From: Nitrospirota bacterium
GTDB lineage: Bacteria; Nitrospirota; Nitrospiria; Nitrospirales; Nitrospiraceae
Assembly: GCA_963703955.1 (NCBI GenBank)
Contig: CAVPGK010000014.1
Span: 1 to 64,000 of the forward strand
DNA length: 64,000 nt
Direction: 5' to 3'
The first letter of the stretch is position 1; the number at the start of each line of letters is the position of its first letter. The notes under the pieces are model-generated. The model searched no databases. It saw only the letters and a program-made list of their open reading frames with translations, and had not been told where the DNA came from. The translations under genes and the position numbers were made by a program. Shown piece after piece: positions 9,123 through 18,109 of this stretch.

Positions 9123-9146
9123 AAAAGACAACGACGTGCTGCTTTT
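9123..9146. repeat. Degenerate REP-like motif upstream of the DUF6010-like gene
   Basis: AAAAGACAACGACGTGCTGCTTTT, same orientation as 8573-8596. Confidence 0.5.
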
Positions 9147-9325
9147 AGCTTAACAATTCAGGGCAGTCGAAACAGAGAAGTCGGGAGTCTTCATGGCGTA
9201 CGGGAGAGGATTGCCTCGGGCGACTCAGTGGCGGGTCTCGAGAGCTCCATACGCTCCAGGTCTGCGCGAATCCGCAGTGGTGAAGAATGCTCCGTGCCGG
9301 ATAAGGGCAAGACAAGATTCCTCGC

Positions 9326-10342
9326 TCAGGCGCCCCAGACACCGGGAATGCGGTAATCTGCTATCTGATTTTCTGAACCATAGTCAGCGTAATCGCCTTG
9401 CTGTCTCTTCCACCGGAAGTCCCCCCAGGTGATGGGCCGATATCTGGGCGGTGACTGCTCGTTCGTTAAGGCCGTGAGCGGCGCATAGATGGCCTCGTAG
9501 ACGGGGTTAAAGAAGAAGGGCAGACTATAACGCTCGCGATTCGTGCTCGCGCGCACACGATGGACCGGCGCTGGATAACGATCGTTGCTCCAGACCTGGA
9601 CGATGTCGCCGATATTGACCACCAAGGCGCCGATCACCGGCTCCACCAGCATCCATTGGCCGTCTAGGTTGATCTCGAGGGCACTCACTTCGTCATGGAG
9701 GAGCACGGTCAGTGCCCCAGCATCGGTGTGATGATGGATACCCAGATGGCCCGTTGCAGAGGCTGGCCGCTCTGGGCACAAGGGATCGTGGCAGGGGTAA
9801 TAGTTCAGCCGGAGGAAGCTCATGTGCCGACCAAAGAAATCGCGGGTGAGCGCGTCGGGTGGCACGCCGAGGCTCTCTGCGATCGCTTCGAGCAGCGTGA
9901 ACGCGACCCGCTCGCACGCGCGGAAGTACTCCTGCATGGTGGGTCTGAATCCAGGGCACAGACGGGCGTCGGGCCAACGGTTGAACCCATCCTGTGTCCA
10001 GTTGGCCGGGTCATCGTCGGGGAGTTCCGGCTGAGGGGTATGCCCGAAGTCGAACACCTCTTTCATGTCGCGGGTGTTCTTGGTCAGTTCGCGGTTGTAC
10101 CACCCTCGTGCGTTCTCCTTCGAACGTGACACGGCTTGCTTCGCGTCCAACGGGAGTGCAAAAAACCGCTTGGTCTCACACCAGATATGCTCGATCAAGT
10201 CCGACGGAACTCCGTGTCCGGTGATGTGGAAGAAGCCGTACTCGCAACAGGCTGCCCCAATCGCCGTTATCGTCTCGTCGTGCCGGGGCCTCCGGATGCC
10301 TAGGTGCTTTATGTCGATCACCGGAATTCGCTTGGCAGGCAT
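9326..10342 (-). CDS. 2-oxoglutarate/Fe(II)-dependent oxygenase, isopenicillin N synthase family
   Basis: Motifs GFFHITGHGV, LRLNYYP, HTD...H facial triad, RYS. Confidence 0.9.
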   Translation of the reverse strand: MPAKRIPVIDIKHLGIRRPRHDETITAIGAACCEYGFFHITGHGVPSDLIEHIWCETKRFFALPLDAKQAVSRSKENARGWYNRELTKNTRDMKEVFDFGHTPQPELPDDDPANWTQDGFNRWPDARLCPGFRPTMQEYFRACERVAFTLLEAIAESLGVPPDALTRDFFGRHMSFLRLNYYPCHDPLCPERPASATGHLGIHHHTDAGALTVLLHDEVSALEINLDGQWMLVEPVIGALVVNIGDIVQVWSNDRYPAPVHRVRASTNRERYSLPFFFNPVYEAIYAPLTALTNEQSPPRYRPITWGDFRWKRQQGDYADYGSENQIADYRIPGVWGA

Positions 10343-10646
10343 GGCGACTTCTCCCAACCAGAGCATCAATTGTCGTCAATCCAGCCACCCATCATACGCA
10401 AGGTCTGGAGAGCCGCTCTTATCGCCGAGAGCTTGCCGCGCGAAAAATGTACTCGGAGTCTATTAAGTTGTTGAGACAATGGCATCGACAACGGGTGACC
10501 GCTTCACGCTTATGCTCGCTGAAAAACTTCCGTCATGACCCCCTGACACCCTTCCAGCCCATTATGGATGCCATCAGTGATGGACTCTGCTGGTTACCGG
10601 AGTCCCACTGGGTTTGTGTCGCTCCGCTGCTGTGAAGAGGACGTGA

Positions 10647-10745
10647 ATGTATTGGGACGTCGTTGAAGTAAAGTCATTGGAAGGAATGAGCCTGTTTGTG
10701 CGGTTCGCCGACGGGGTGACTGGCGAAGTCCGCTTTGCGCCTGAG
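10647..10745 (+). pseudogene. Truncated DUF2442-family antitoxin; the upstream ...VAPLL* may be a toxin remnant
   Basis: MYWDVVEVKSLEGMSLFVRFADGVTGEVRF with a GAGG RBS, then runs into a hairpin. Confidence 0.65.
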
Positions 10746-10778
10746 AGGCGGGAGGCGTTACGGCCTCCCGACTCTCAG
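10742..10778. terminator. Stem-loop downstream of the 10804-11286 gene
   Basis: CTGAGAGGCGGGAGGC...GCCTCCCGACTCTCAG imperfect inverted repeat. Confidence 0.45.
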
Positions 10779-10803
10779 TTACGTTTGGCTGTCTTCGAAC
10801 AAG

Positions 10804-11286
10804 CTATGGCACTGCGAGTTTGTAGGTTCTACCGTCAAAGCAATCGCCATCGGCCTTTATATACACTGTCTTAACAACCGGCCCCCAAGGACTGCTCGGT
10901 TTACCTTGACCGCTGGTATCGTTCCGATACTCGATTCGGAATCGTGTGATCGGATTGTTAGCGGCGACGTGCTGAAGCGTGACGGTCTTCCACTCGTCCA
11001 TCTCACCCGATGACAATTTCTTGTTATCGAGCCCCTCGGTAAATTCCTTCCCGCCGGTTTCGTAGATTATCGAAACAACTTTGATGGCTTTGGGTTTCTC
11101 GTTCGTCAGCTCGAAGTCCACCTTGCAGGCCAAACGGTCCGCACTGGCATTCGCTGCGACGCCGAGGGATACGACAAGTCCGACTGCCGCCATGACCAGA
11201 CCGCGACGCATTCGGCCATGTCCTGGGTGATCGAGGTTGAAATTGGGTTCAACGCTTGGTGCACAGTGTTCTTGATACGTACTCAT
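10804..11286 (-). CDS. Hypothetical secreted protein
   Basis: AGGAG RBS, signal-like hydrophobic segment ending ASA, two Cys. Confidence 0.7.
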   Translation of the reverse strand: MSTYQEHCAPSVEPNFNLDHPGHGRMRRGLVMAAVGLVVSLGVAANASADRLACKVDFELTNEKPKAIKVVSIIYETGGKEFTEGLDNKKLSSGEMDEWKTVTLQHVAANNPITRFRIEYRNDTSGQGKPSSPWGPVVKTVYIKADGDCFDGRTYKLAVP

Positions 11287-11743
11287 GGCTTTCTCCTTCC
11301 TTGTGTGACTGTGAATGAATGACACCCGGGTCATACCCCGGCGTTATGGTGCGCTCTGGCGCCTCAAACACATTCGATCGCTCCGGATGCGTCGAACTCA
11401 GAGGCCATCACGGTGCGTCTCTCGGTTTAGTACCTATCAGACTCTAGCTAGATGACACTCTGCTGCTGAGCTGTTGCAACTTCCATGCTGGTGATGTGCA
11501 TGAGGGATGATCACGTTTGTTCCCGGCAGGATGCGAATGGACGTATTCCGCGCGCGGGGGATTCAAGTGTATCTTGCTCGATACCTCGCCAGAACGTTTA
11601 AGATACTCGCCTCAGAACCGAACGGGAGTCGTGTCCTGGCCGTCTGCGGCGATCTGCTGAAGCTTCCGTTGCGGGTGCGCCGCCATAGCGAAGTTGTTGC
11701 GGACAACATACCGGCCAACCACACGTCGAATTGATATCCCGAG

Positions 11744-11779
11744 TGCCGAACCCTCAGCGATGCTGAGGGTTCGGCATTT
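11744..11779 (+). terminator. Rho-independent terminator-like hairpin
   Basis: Perfect 15-bp stem TGCCGAACCCTCAGC-GAT-GCTGAGGGTTCGGCA followed by TTT. Confidence 0.65.
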
Positions 11780-11814
11780 GACTCTCTCCTGCAGACAACC
11801 TACCCTCCTTATTC

Positions 11815-12423
11815 ATGCGAATTGTTGTAATTGGCGCAACGGGAACGATCGGACGGGCGGTGGTGAGTCACTTGGCGTCCCGCCATGAGGTGGTCCAAGT
11901 CGCCCATAGCCAAGGCGACTATCGAATTGATCTCGAGTCGGTGGAGTCAATCCGAGCGCTCTATGAGCGGCTGGGATCTGTGGACGCGGTCGTGTCGGCT
12001 GCCGGTGTGGCGAGATTCAAGCCTCTGGAGAAATTGACCGACGAGGACTTTGCCGTCAGCCTCCACAACAAATTGATGGGGCAGGTCAATCTCGTGCGGT
12101 TGGGACTGCGAGCCGTGCGGGACAACGGGTCGTTCACATTGACGAGCGGCGTCTTGGCGCGTCAGCCGATGCCGGGGAGTGCGGCGATCAGTCTGGTGAA
12201 TGCCGGCATTGAGGGGTTCATGCGAGCCGCCAAGCTGGAATTGCCTCGCGGCATCCGGATCAACGCCGTCAGTCCTGGTTGGGTTCGCGAGACGCTGATC
12301 GCGCTGGGCATGGATCCGTCCGGCGGGATCCCGGCAGACCAGGTGGCCCGCGCCTATGTCGAGAGCGTGGAAAGTCGGAGAAATGGCGAGATCATCGAAA
12401 CGAGCACGTTTGCGACCCGGTAA
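11815..12423 (+). CDS. Short-chain dehydrogenase/reductase
   Basis: Motifs GATGTIG, KLMGQVNL, RINAVSPG. Confidence 0.9.
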   Translation: MRIVVIGATGTIGRAVVSHLASRHEVVQVAHSQGDYRIDLESVESIRALYERLGSVDAVVSAAGVARFKPLEKLTDEDFAVSLHNKLMGQVNLVRLGLRAVRDNGSFTLTSGVLARQPMPGSAAISLVNAGIEGFMRAAKLELPRGIRINAVSPGWVRETLIALGMDPSGGIPADQVARAYVESVESRRNGEIIETSTFATR

Positions 12424-12806
12424 AATCGTATTTGCCTATCGTCCCTCAACAATGGCTTCCACTGCAGTGACGTCGCCGTGGCCCATGGCGACTTGCATGC
12501 CAGGGAGTCTAGATCTCGTTTGATGGAAGTCACTGCGAGCGTCTTCCCGTTCTTCCGATACGGGACCGGCAATCGCGATCCGGCACGCTTTCCACGGTAC
12601 TCAGCTCATCCCACTCCTAGGCCCAGCCCACGTAGCTGATCTCCACGTCGTAATAAGCTTCGTAAAAAAAGCGGTGATTTGTGTCGATTTTCCGAATCCA
12701 GTTCGACTACAAGGTAAGAGGCTGTGGTCTAGACAGCCAAGCCGCAGAGGCGGCGAATGGAACACCTGCATCAATCAGCTTTCACCAATGGAAAGGAGAG
12801 ATAGTC

Positions 12807-13253
12807 GTGGGAACCAATACCATTCGGCTTCATCGAGTGTTTCGTGCAGCGCCAGAACGGATTTATCGGGCGTTCCTTGATGCGGACGCCATGACTAAAT
12901 GGTTGCCGCCAAATGGATTTACGGGCAAGGTGCATCACATGGATGTCAAAGTCGGTGGCACCTTCAAGATGTCGTTTACCAATTTCACCACAGGAAAGAG
13001 TCATTCGTTTGGCGGCGAGTACCTCGAACTCGTGCCGCATGAACGGATTCGCTACACGGACAACTTCGACGACCCGAACCTGCCGGGAGAGATTCGCGTG
13101 ACGATCACATTGAAGAAAGTTTCTTGCGGAACGGAACTGAACGTTGTGCAAGAAGGTGTGCCCGACATCATTCCTGCTGAAGCGTGCTATCTCGGCTGGC
13201 AAGAATCGCTGATCCTTCTCGGGAAACTCGTCGAAGCGGAGATCCCAAACTAA
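12807..13253 (+). CDS. SRPBCC/AHSA1-family protein
   Basis: LHRVFRAAPERIYRAFLD..KWLPPNGF and GWQESL. GTG start after GGAG. Confidence 0.88.
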   Translation: MGTNTIRLHRVFRAAPERIYRAFLDADAMTKWLPPNGFTGKVHHMDVKVGGTFKMSFTNFTTGKSHSFGGEYLELVPHERIRYTDNFDDPNLPGEIRVTITLKKVSCGTELNVVQEGVPDIIPAEACYLGWQESLILLGKLVEAEIPN

Positions 13254-13281
13254 TATCCTGGCAGAGACCGCGCGTGCGCTC

Positions 13282-13355
13282 GGTGCCAGGAACCGATTTC
13301 TGGATTTGGAGCACTCGCCAAGGATCGGGGAAAATGGGTAGCCTATCCTACTTTT
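13282..13355. repeat. Two REP-like motifs between the SRPBCC and DHFR-like genes
   Basis: GGTGCCAGGAACCGATTT (13282-13299) and AAAATGGGTAGCCTATCCTACTTTT (13331-13355). Confidence 0.6.
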
Positions 13356-13426
13356 GCGTTCAGTGGATTGAAAACTCACACCCTTCTTGTCCTGGTATGG
13401 CGACTTAAAAGCTGAAGGGTGATGGC

Positions 13427-13987
13427 ATGAAAGAAGGTCAGTCTGCGCCGGAGTGCTCGGTCTTTGTGGGCGTCAGCCTGGACGGATTCATCGCGCGGCC
13501 GAACGGCGATCTCGATTGGCTGATGGGGGAGGGTGGCGGCGACAGCGCGGAGTATGGGTACAACGAGTTCATTGCAGACATTGATGCGATCGTCATGGGG
13601 CGGAGGACGTTTGAGAAAGTATTGACTTTCGACAAGTGGTGTTACGGGAACAAGCGAGTGGTTGTCCTCAGCAATCAGCCCCTTGACCTGTCCGTTGCGC
13701 AGGCGCGCGGGGGCGTCGTTGAGCAGATGGCGGGGTCTCCCGCCGAAATTGCCTCCAAGCTTGCCGGCTCCGGCGCCCGACGTCTCTACGTGGATGGTGG
13801 AATCACGATTCAGCAATTCTTGCGTGCCGGCCTCATAGATCGTTTGATCATCAGTCGTCTTCCCGTGCTCATCGGCGAGGGCATCCCACTCTTCGGCTCC
13901 CTGCCGCGCGATATGCGCCTTCGACATATCGCGACGCGGACCTACCCGGGCGGGATGGTCCAAAGTGAGTACCATATCGTTGGTTAA
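13427..13987 (+). CDS. Dihydrofolate reductase-family / RibD C-terminal domain protein
   Basis: Motifs SLDGFIA, MGRRTF, YVDGG, PVLIGEGIPLF. Confidence 0.9.
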   Translation: MKEGQSAPECSVFVGVSLDGFIARPNGDLDWLMGEGGGDSAEYGYNEFIADIDAIVMGRRTFEKVLTFDKWCYGNKRVVVLSNQPLDLSVAQARGGVVEQMAGSPAEIASKLAGSGARRLYVDGGITIQQFLRAGLIDRLIISRLPVLIGEGIPLFGSLPRDMRLRHIATRTYPGGMVQSEYHIVG

Positions 13988-14022
13988 GCCGGCAGAACTT
14001 CCAGGCAAGCGTGTGTAGGGCT

Positions 14023-15408
14023 TCAGTTTTCTTTTTCGGATAGGTCGATTGCCGCATCGGCTTCCAGTCGAAAGCGGCCCCGGCCTCGCTGGACAAGTCT
14101 CACGTCTGGGCATTTCTGCTCAAGCCGTCGGCGAAGCAGAATCAGTCGGGTTTCGAGATTGTCCTTTACCTCGGGGAGTCCGAGCCAGGCGTCCATCCGC
14201 AACTCACGATTCGTGAATTCGACTCGCCCCTCATCTCGGTACTGCTTCAGCAAGCGCCAAAGAATCCTGGCCGGCACATTACGGATGAGATAGTCGCCGT
14301 CCACGAAGATGCAGTCGTCCTTTTGAAAAAAACTGAACCGGCGCGTTGAAAGCGAGCGGGGCGCAGCGGCCGGCGGTACGCTTCCAACCCGATCCATCGT
14401 TGCCTCGTCCATATCGCGGCTGAGTTGCTCGATCGCGGTCGCGAGGTGCGCGCCGATGGTGCTGAGCAGCGTGTTCTCGCGCGGGAGAAACGCAAGCGGA
14501 TCCTTACTCTCAACCGCCAGCACGCCAACCAAGCGTCCGCGGGTCACCAATGGCACCGCGATCTGGCTCGCCGCGTCGGGCAAGCCTGGGAGGGGGATTT
14601 CACGCGCGATGGCTTCCGTCTTTCCCATGGCTTCGGCCCGGTCCCGTACCGCACGCGCGTAACGCAAGCTGTGATCCATGGCGGAAAGATGAAGCGTCCG
14701 CCTGGCTCGCGCCACCATGCCAATCAAGCCTTCTCCCAAACCGACTTCCGATCCGACCCCGTTCTCCGCGTAGCCCTGGCTGGCGATGGTCAACAGCTTC
14801 GCGTTCCGCTCATCTACGAGCAGAATCATCGAATGATGAAATCCGAACTGCTCGTCAAGAAGTTGTAGCGAGGTTTGAAAGACCTCGTCTAGTAGCTGTG
14901 CCTTATTCAGTCGTTCGGCTATGAGCCGCAGCGATACCAGGCCCGAATCGAGAAAGAGCCGTGACGAACGTTCGGAGGATGGTGGAACAGGCAACCGCGT
15001 GAAGCCCTCCAAGCGTTCGACACCCAGTACCTCATACACGTCAGCGGCCTGAAGGCGAAAGATATCCGTCATTCCCGAATAGGACGCCACGGCTTGGAGC
15101 TGAAGCGACATCGATTCGAACAACGGGCCGGTCGATTCAGAATGATCAAACCGGAGACTAAAGCGATAGGCGTGCAACGTTCGTGGGTCGAGGACAATCG
15201 CACAGGCGAACGGGTTCTCGCGGACATTGCGATGAGTCTTGTTGAAGAATTGAAACGAGATGGCCAGGTGGGTCGGATCCACATAATACACCTGGCTGAT
15301 AAAGGTGATGTTCGGTGTGCCGTCGGCTGCGCAGGTACTCAACGCCGCGGGGACGATGCCCTGAAAGCACGCCCAGAGATCCTCAAGCTGATGCGATATC
15401 TGTTTCAT
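14023..15408 (-). CDS. Putative one-component regulator: PNPOx-like FMN-binding domain + GAF + C-terminal winged helix
   Basis: N-terminal STCAADGTPN..QFFNKT, GAF-like GEGLIG..AVPL..VGVL, C-terminal NLETRLILLRRRL..GRGRF. Confidence 0.8.
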   Translation of the reverse strand: MKQISHQLEDLWACFQGIVPAALSTCAADGTPNITFISQVYYVDPTHLAISFQFFNKTHRNVRENPFACAIVLDPRTLHAYRFSLRFDHSESTGPLFESMSLQLQAVASYSGMTDIFRLQAADVYEVLGVERLEGFTRLPVPPSSERSSRLFLDSGLVSLRLIAERLNKAQLLDEVFQTSLQLLDEQFGFHHSMILLVDERNAKLLTIASQGYAENGVGSEVGLGEGLIGMVARARRTLHLSAMDHSLRYARAVRDRAEAMGKTEAIAREIPLPGLPDAASQIAVPLVTRGRLVGVLAVESKDPLAFLPRENTLLSTIGAHLATAIEQLSRDMDEATMDRVGSVPPAAAPRSLSTRRFSFFQKDDCIFVDGDYLIRNVPARILWRLLKQYRDEGRVEFTNRELRMDAWLGLPEVKDNLETRLILLRRRLEQKCPDVRLVQRGRGRFRLEADAAIDLSEKEN

Positions 15409-15866
15409 GGCTCTATCTTCTTACCTGCGCCCGGTCCCGGCGTCTGATCGAACACCTCCGTGACGGCAATCTCCACGGCGACTGTCGGTTCGACGATCCA
15501 GGCCTCACTGAGGGCGGACGGCACGCCGATGGCCCGCAGTTCGGCCACGAATTCGCGGTGCCACCGTCGGCTCGCATCCCGATCAGCGGGGGTCGCGGAC
15601 TTGATGCGTAAGACCTGACCTTTTAGCTGGCAGGTCGTGTGGTCGGTCGGCCTGGTGCAGGTGACGGCAATCTTGCCGTTTCCGCGTAAGTTGTCGATGG
15701 TCTTGCCCGCGATTGTCTCGGAGAGAAAGATCGTCACGGTGTCAGGACCCGTCGCGACGTGAATGCCCCATGCGCGCGTGCATTCCGGTATCAGCGAGGC
15801 ATCGCGAGTGCCGACCATGACCGACACGCCAGTCTGCAGGAGATGGACGATCGAGTCGGGGATCAT
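15405..15866 (-). CDS. Pyridoxamine 5'-phosphate oxidase-like FMN-binding protein
   Basis: VGTRDASLIPECTRAWG...FDQTPGPGAG. Overlaps the next gene by 4 nt. Confidence 0.8.
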   Translation of the reverse strand: MIPDSIVHLLQTGVSVMVGTRDASLIPECTRAWGIHVATGPDTVTIFLSETIAGKTIDNLRGNGKIAVTCTRPTDHTTCQLKGQVLRIKSATPADRDASRRWHREFVAELRAIGVPSALSEAWIVEPTVAVEIAVTEVFDQTPGPGAGKKIEP

Positions 15867-15889
15867 GAATGTAGGTGATCTATTCTCTA

Positions 15890-15928
15890 TTAGGAAAGAT
15901 TTAGGGGAACGTTAGCATAGTTTTAGGA
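15890..15928. promoter_or_regulatory. Candidate operator: four TTAG direct repeats at 11-bp period
   Basis: TTAGGA 15890, TTAGGG 15901, TTAGCA 15912, TTAGGA 15923, in the divergent intergenic region. Confidence 0.6.
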
Positions 15929-16019
15929 ACCGTGTCGCCGAACTCCGTGTTACTTTCACCCTCATAACGAAGACACGAGCGCGTTCCAGTCGAGCGCGTC
16001 AAACAATATGGAGGGTCCC

Positions 16020-16871
16020 ATGCGATACGCGTTATTCGGTTCTCTGGTGCTTGCTTCGATTGCGGTGGGGGCAGCGCCGGCCTGGGCCGGCAACCGTCAG
16101 AGTGCAGCGGAGCTGCAGGGCGGCGATGCCGCGGTGGTGTTTATGGCCCATGACTACGGCTTCACCGGCCCCGACCGTATTCCGGCCGGTCTCACGACCG
16201 TACGGATCATCAATGAGGGTCAAGACCTTCACCACATCCAGTTCCTGAAGCTGCTGCAAGGCAAATCGGCGGCCGATTTCCGGGCGGCCATTGCGGCCGA
16301 TCCAAGCCGCCTGCCGGATTGGGTGCAATATGCCGGTGGACCGAATGCCCACCCTCCGGGCAGCCTGGCATCCGCCACGGTCAACCTGACCGAAGGAGAC
16401 TATGTCATCATGTGCTGGATCCCGGACAAAAATGGTGTGCCTCATGTCGCGCTGGGGATGCAGAAGGCGCTTGCCGTTCGAGGAGGAAAGCCGACGAAGG
16501 TCTCAGCGCCGAAAGCTTCTATAACCATCAAGCAAATTGATTATCAGTTTATTCTTTCAAAGCGAATCGAACCGGGTCTTCACACGATTGAGGTCATGAA
16601 CCATGGCACCCAACCCCATGAGCTCGTAGTCGTGAAGCTGGTCCCGGGCGCCACGGTCAAAGATGTGATCGCCTCGTTCGAGCCAGGCGCCTCGGGTCCG
16701 CCTCAGGGCGAATTGGTGGGAGGCATTACAGGAATCGAGAAAGGAGAGCGCGTCTCCTTTACCGGCGAATTTGAGCCGGGCAGGTACGGGCTCATCTGCT
16801 TCGTCCCTGATGCGGTCACCGGGCGACCTCATTTCCTTCACGGCATGACGACGGAATTCACCGTGGAGTGA
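16020..16871 (+). CDS. Secreted tandem cupredoxin-like protein
   Basis: Signal peptide. Two repeats, each with His...C-x2-P-x5/6-H-x3-GM (CWIPDKNGVPHVALGM, CFVPDAVTGRPHFLHGM). Confidence 0.75.
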   Translation: MRYALFGSLVLASIAVGAAPAWAGNRQSAAELQGGDAAVVFMAHDYGFTGPDRIPAGLTTVRIINEGQDLHHIQFLKLLQGKSAADFRAAIAADPSRLPDWVQYAGGPNAHPPGSLASATVNLTEGDYVIMCWIPDKNGVPHVALGMQKALAVRGGKPTKVSAPKASITIKQIDYQFILSKRIEPGLHTIEVMNHGTQPHELVVVKLVPGATVKDVIASFEPGASGPPQGELVGGITGIEKGERVSFTGEFEPGRYGLICFVPDAVTGRPHFLHGMTTEFTVE

Positions 16872-16984
16872 TGTACGAGGAGAGCGGATCGCCAGCCGAT
16901 AAGGCACGGTCAGGGCTCAATCCTGGCCGGCTTTTCTTTGGTTCGGTCGTCCGGCGTTTTGAGGCAAAGAAAAATAGGAACATT

Positions 16985-17022
16985 ACCGGCTCGCGGTGTG
17001 CGCAAATGTCACGCTCCTTATT
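16985..17022 (-). repeat. Inverted copy of an internal unit of the 38789-39035 element
   Basis: Reverse complement AATAAGGAGCGTGACATTTGCGCACACCGCGAGCCGGT versus 38879-38917 AATAAGGAGCCTCACGTTTGCGCACGCCCGCGAGCCGGT. Confidence 0.7.
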
Positions 17023-17185
17023 TGTGGCGTCGCGCACCCGAACCTCCGCAATTCGCGAGCAGGCACTGGGGCCAAGATGGGGGCCGGGAGTTCATTTCCA
17101 GACGGTCACGGGATGAGGGAAGAAGGTTTCGCCTGGTGAGACGCCGGTACACGCAAGCGAGGGTTGGACCTCTGCCGGGGTATAA

Positions 17186-17231
17186 AAAGAGCCCGTTGGA
17201 TCTTCGGATCCAGCGGGCTCTTTCTTTTTTT
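17186..17231 (+). terminator. Strong, probably bidirectional intrinsic terminator
   Basis: AAAGAGCCCGTTGGATC-TTCG-GATCCAGCGGGCTCTTT followed by a T tract. Confidence 0.8.
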
Positions 17232-17249
17232 ACAGCCAAACAGGGGGAT

Positions 17250-17344
17250 CAGGCGGCCTTGGTAGTCCCCTGTGCTCGCAGAGGGCGCACGATCAGAATG
17301 TGCTCCCTCGATGCGCGCAGTGAGGGGATCACCCAGGCCACCTG
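17250..17344. repeat. Long hairpin repeat with a conserved 51-nt core (copy A)
   Basis: Core 17271-17321 is 44/51 identical to 60834-60884. It has its own outer inverted repeat. Confidence 0.85.
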
Positions 17345-17544
17345 TTGTGATCTCACCTGCAGCGTTGGGGGAGGGAAGGTGGCCGGTCGCCAACAGCTGG
17401 CGCATGGCGACCGGCTCAAGCGAAGCTTGGTATGGACCTCTGCCGGGTTATTAAAGTGGGCAGCGAAACCTACTTTCCTGAAGATTACTGGAGGGAGTGA
17501 TCTCCGCCGCGATTGCTCAAAGCGGCGGTACACACCAAGCGAGA

Positions 17545-17913
17545 TTATATTTCACTGGAGGATGAGCCGACGAACCCCTTCACGGGGATCAGGCGCTTTG
17601 CGATGGGATCGACGCCGAGTAGCAGGCTCTCGAGGGCGACAGCCCCAAGCAGGGCGGGTCCCCCTGGTGCGATCAGGCACCTCGTGCTAACCTCGTCGCC
17701 GTTGAGCGTAAGTCGGACCTCCGCCAACGGCCAGGTCTCCTCGCGGCCGCCGGCGGCTTGGATCGGGCAGGTTCGGGTGGGGCGGAGCTCCAGCCGATCC
17801 GCAAGGGTCTGCGGCACCACAAGGAATGTGGCCCCCGTGTCCACGAGAAGTTCGACTGCCTCGGTGCGCCCGGTTGGTCCGGCTAGGCGAGCTTGGATGT
17901 TGAAGAGGCCCAT
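17545..17913 (-). CDS. Clan AA (retroviral-like) aspartyl protease
   Basis: Motifs LVDTGAT and ALLGAVALE. Confidence 0.85.
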   Translation of the reverse strand: MGLFNIQARLAGPTGRTEAVELLVDTGATFLVVPQTLADRLELRPTRTCPIQAAGGREETWPLAEVRLTLNGDEVSTRCLIAPGGPALLGAVALESLLLGVDPIAKRLIPVKGFVGSSSSEI

Positions 17914-17990
17914 GGTTCGTTCGTCGGTTAGCATAGCACATCCAGGGTTTGCGAGGGGAGCACCACACAGAGATCGCTGGCGGGGGGAGA

Positions 17991-18053
17991 AAAAGGTGCA
18001 GGAACCTTTCTGTGGAATCACGTGCTTGTAATGAAAATGGTTCCTGACACCTT
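17991..18053. repeat. Inverted pair of REP-like motifs (REPIN-like)
   Basis: AAAAGGTGCAGGAACCTTT ... AAAATGGTTCCTGACACCTT. Confidence 0.7.
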
Positions 18054-18109
18054 AAGAGGAACTTTGACGGCGCAATTGACCATTGCCACGAGCGGGGTGT
18101 GGGGGGTGG

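Noticed and set aside
11507..11734. 75-aa ORF, and a minus-strand stretch KLQQIAADG..PVRF resembling mannitol dehydrogenase
   Set aside because: No RBS, and the similarity is too short to support a call.
17062..17180. Possible 5S rRNA (segment ending ...CTGCCGGGG followed by a strong terminator)
   Set aside because: Only the last ~25 nt loosely resemble a 5S 3' end. The conserved CCGAAC loop and 5' strand are missing, and there is no rRNA operon context.
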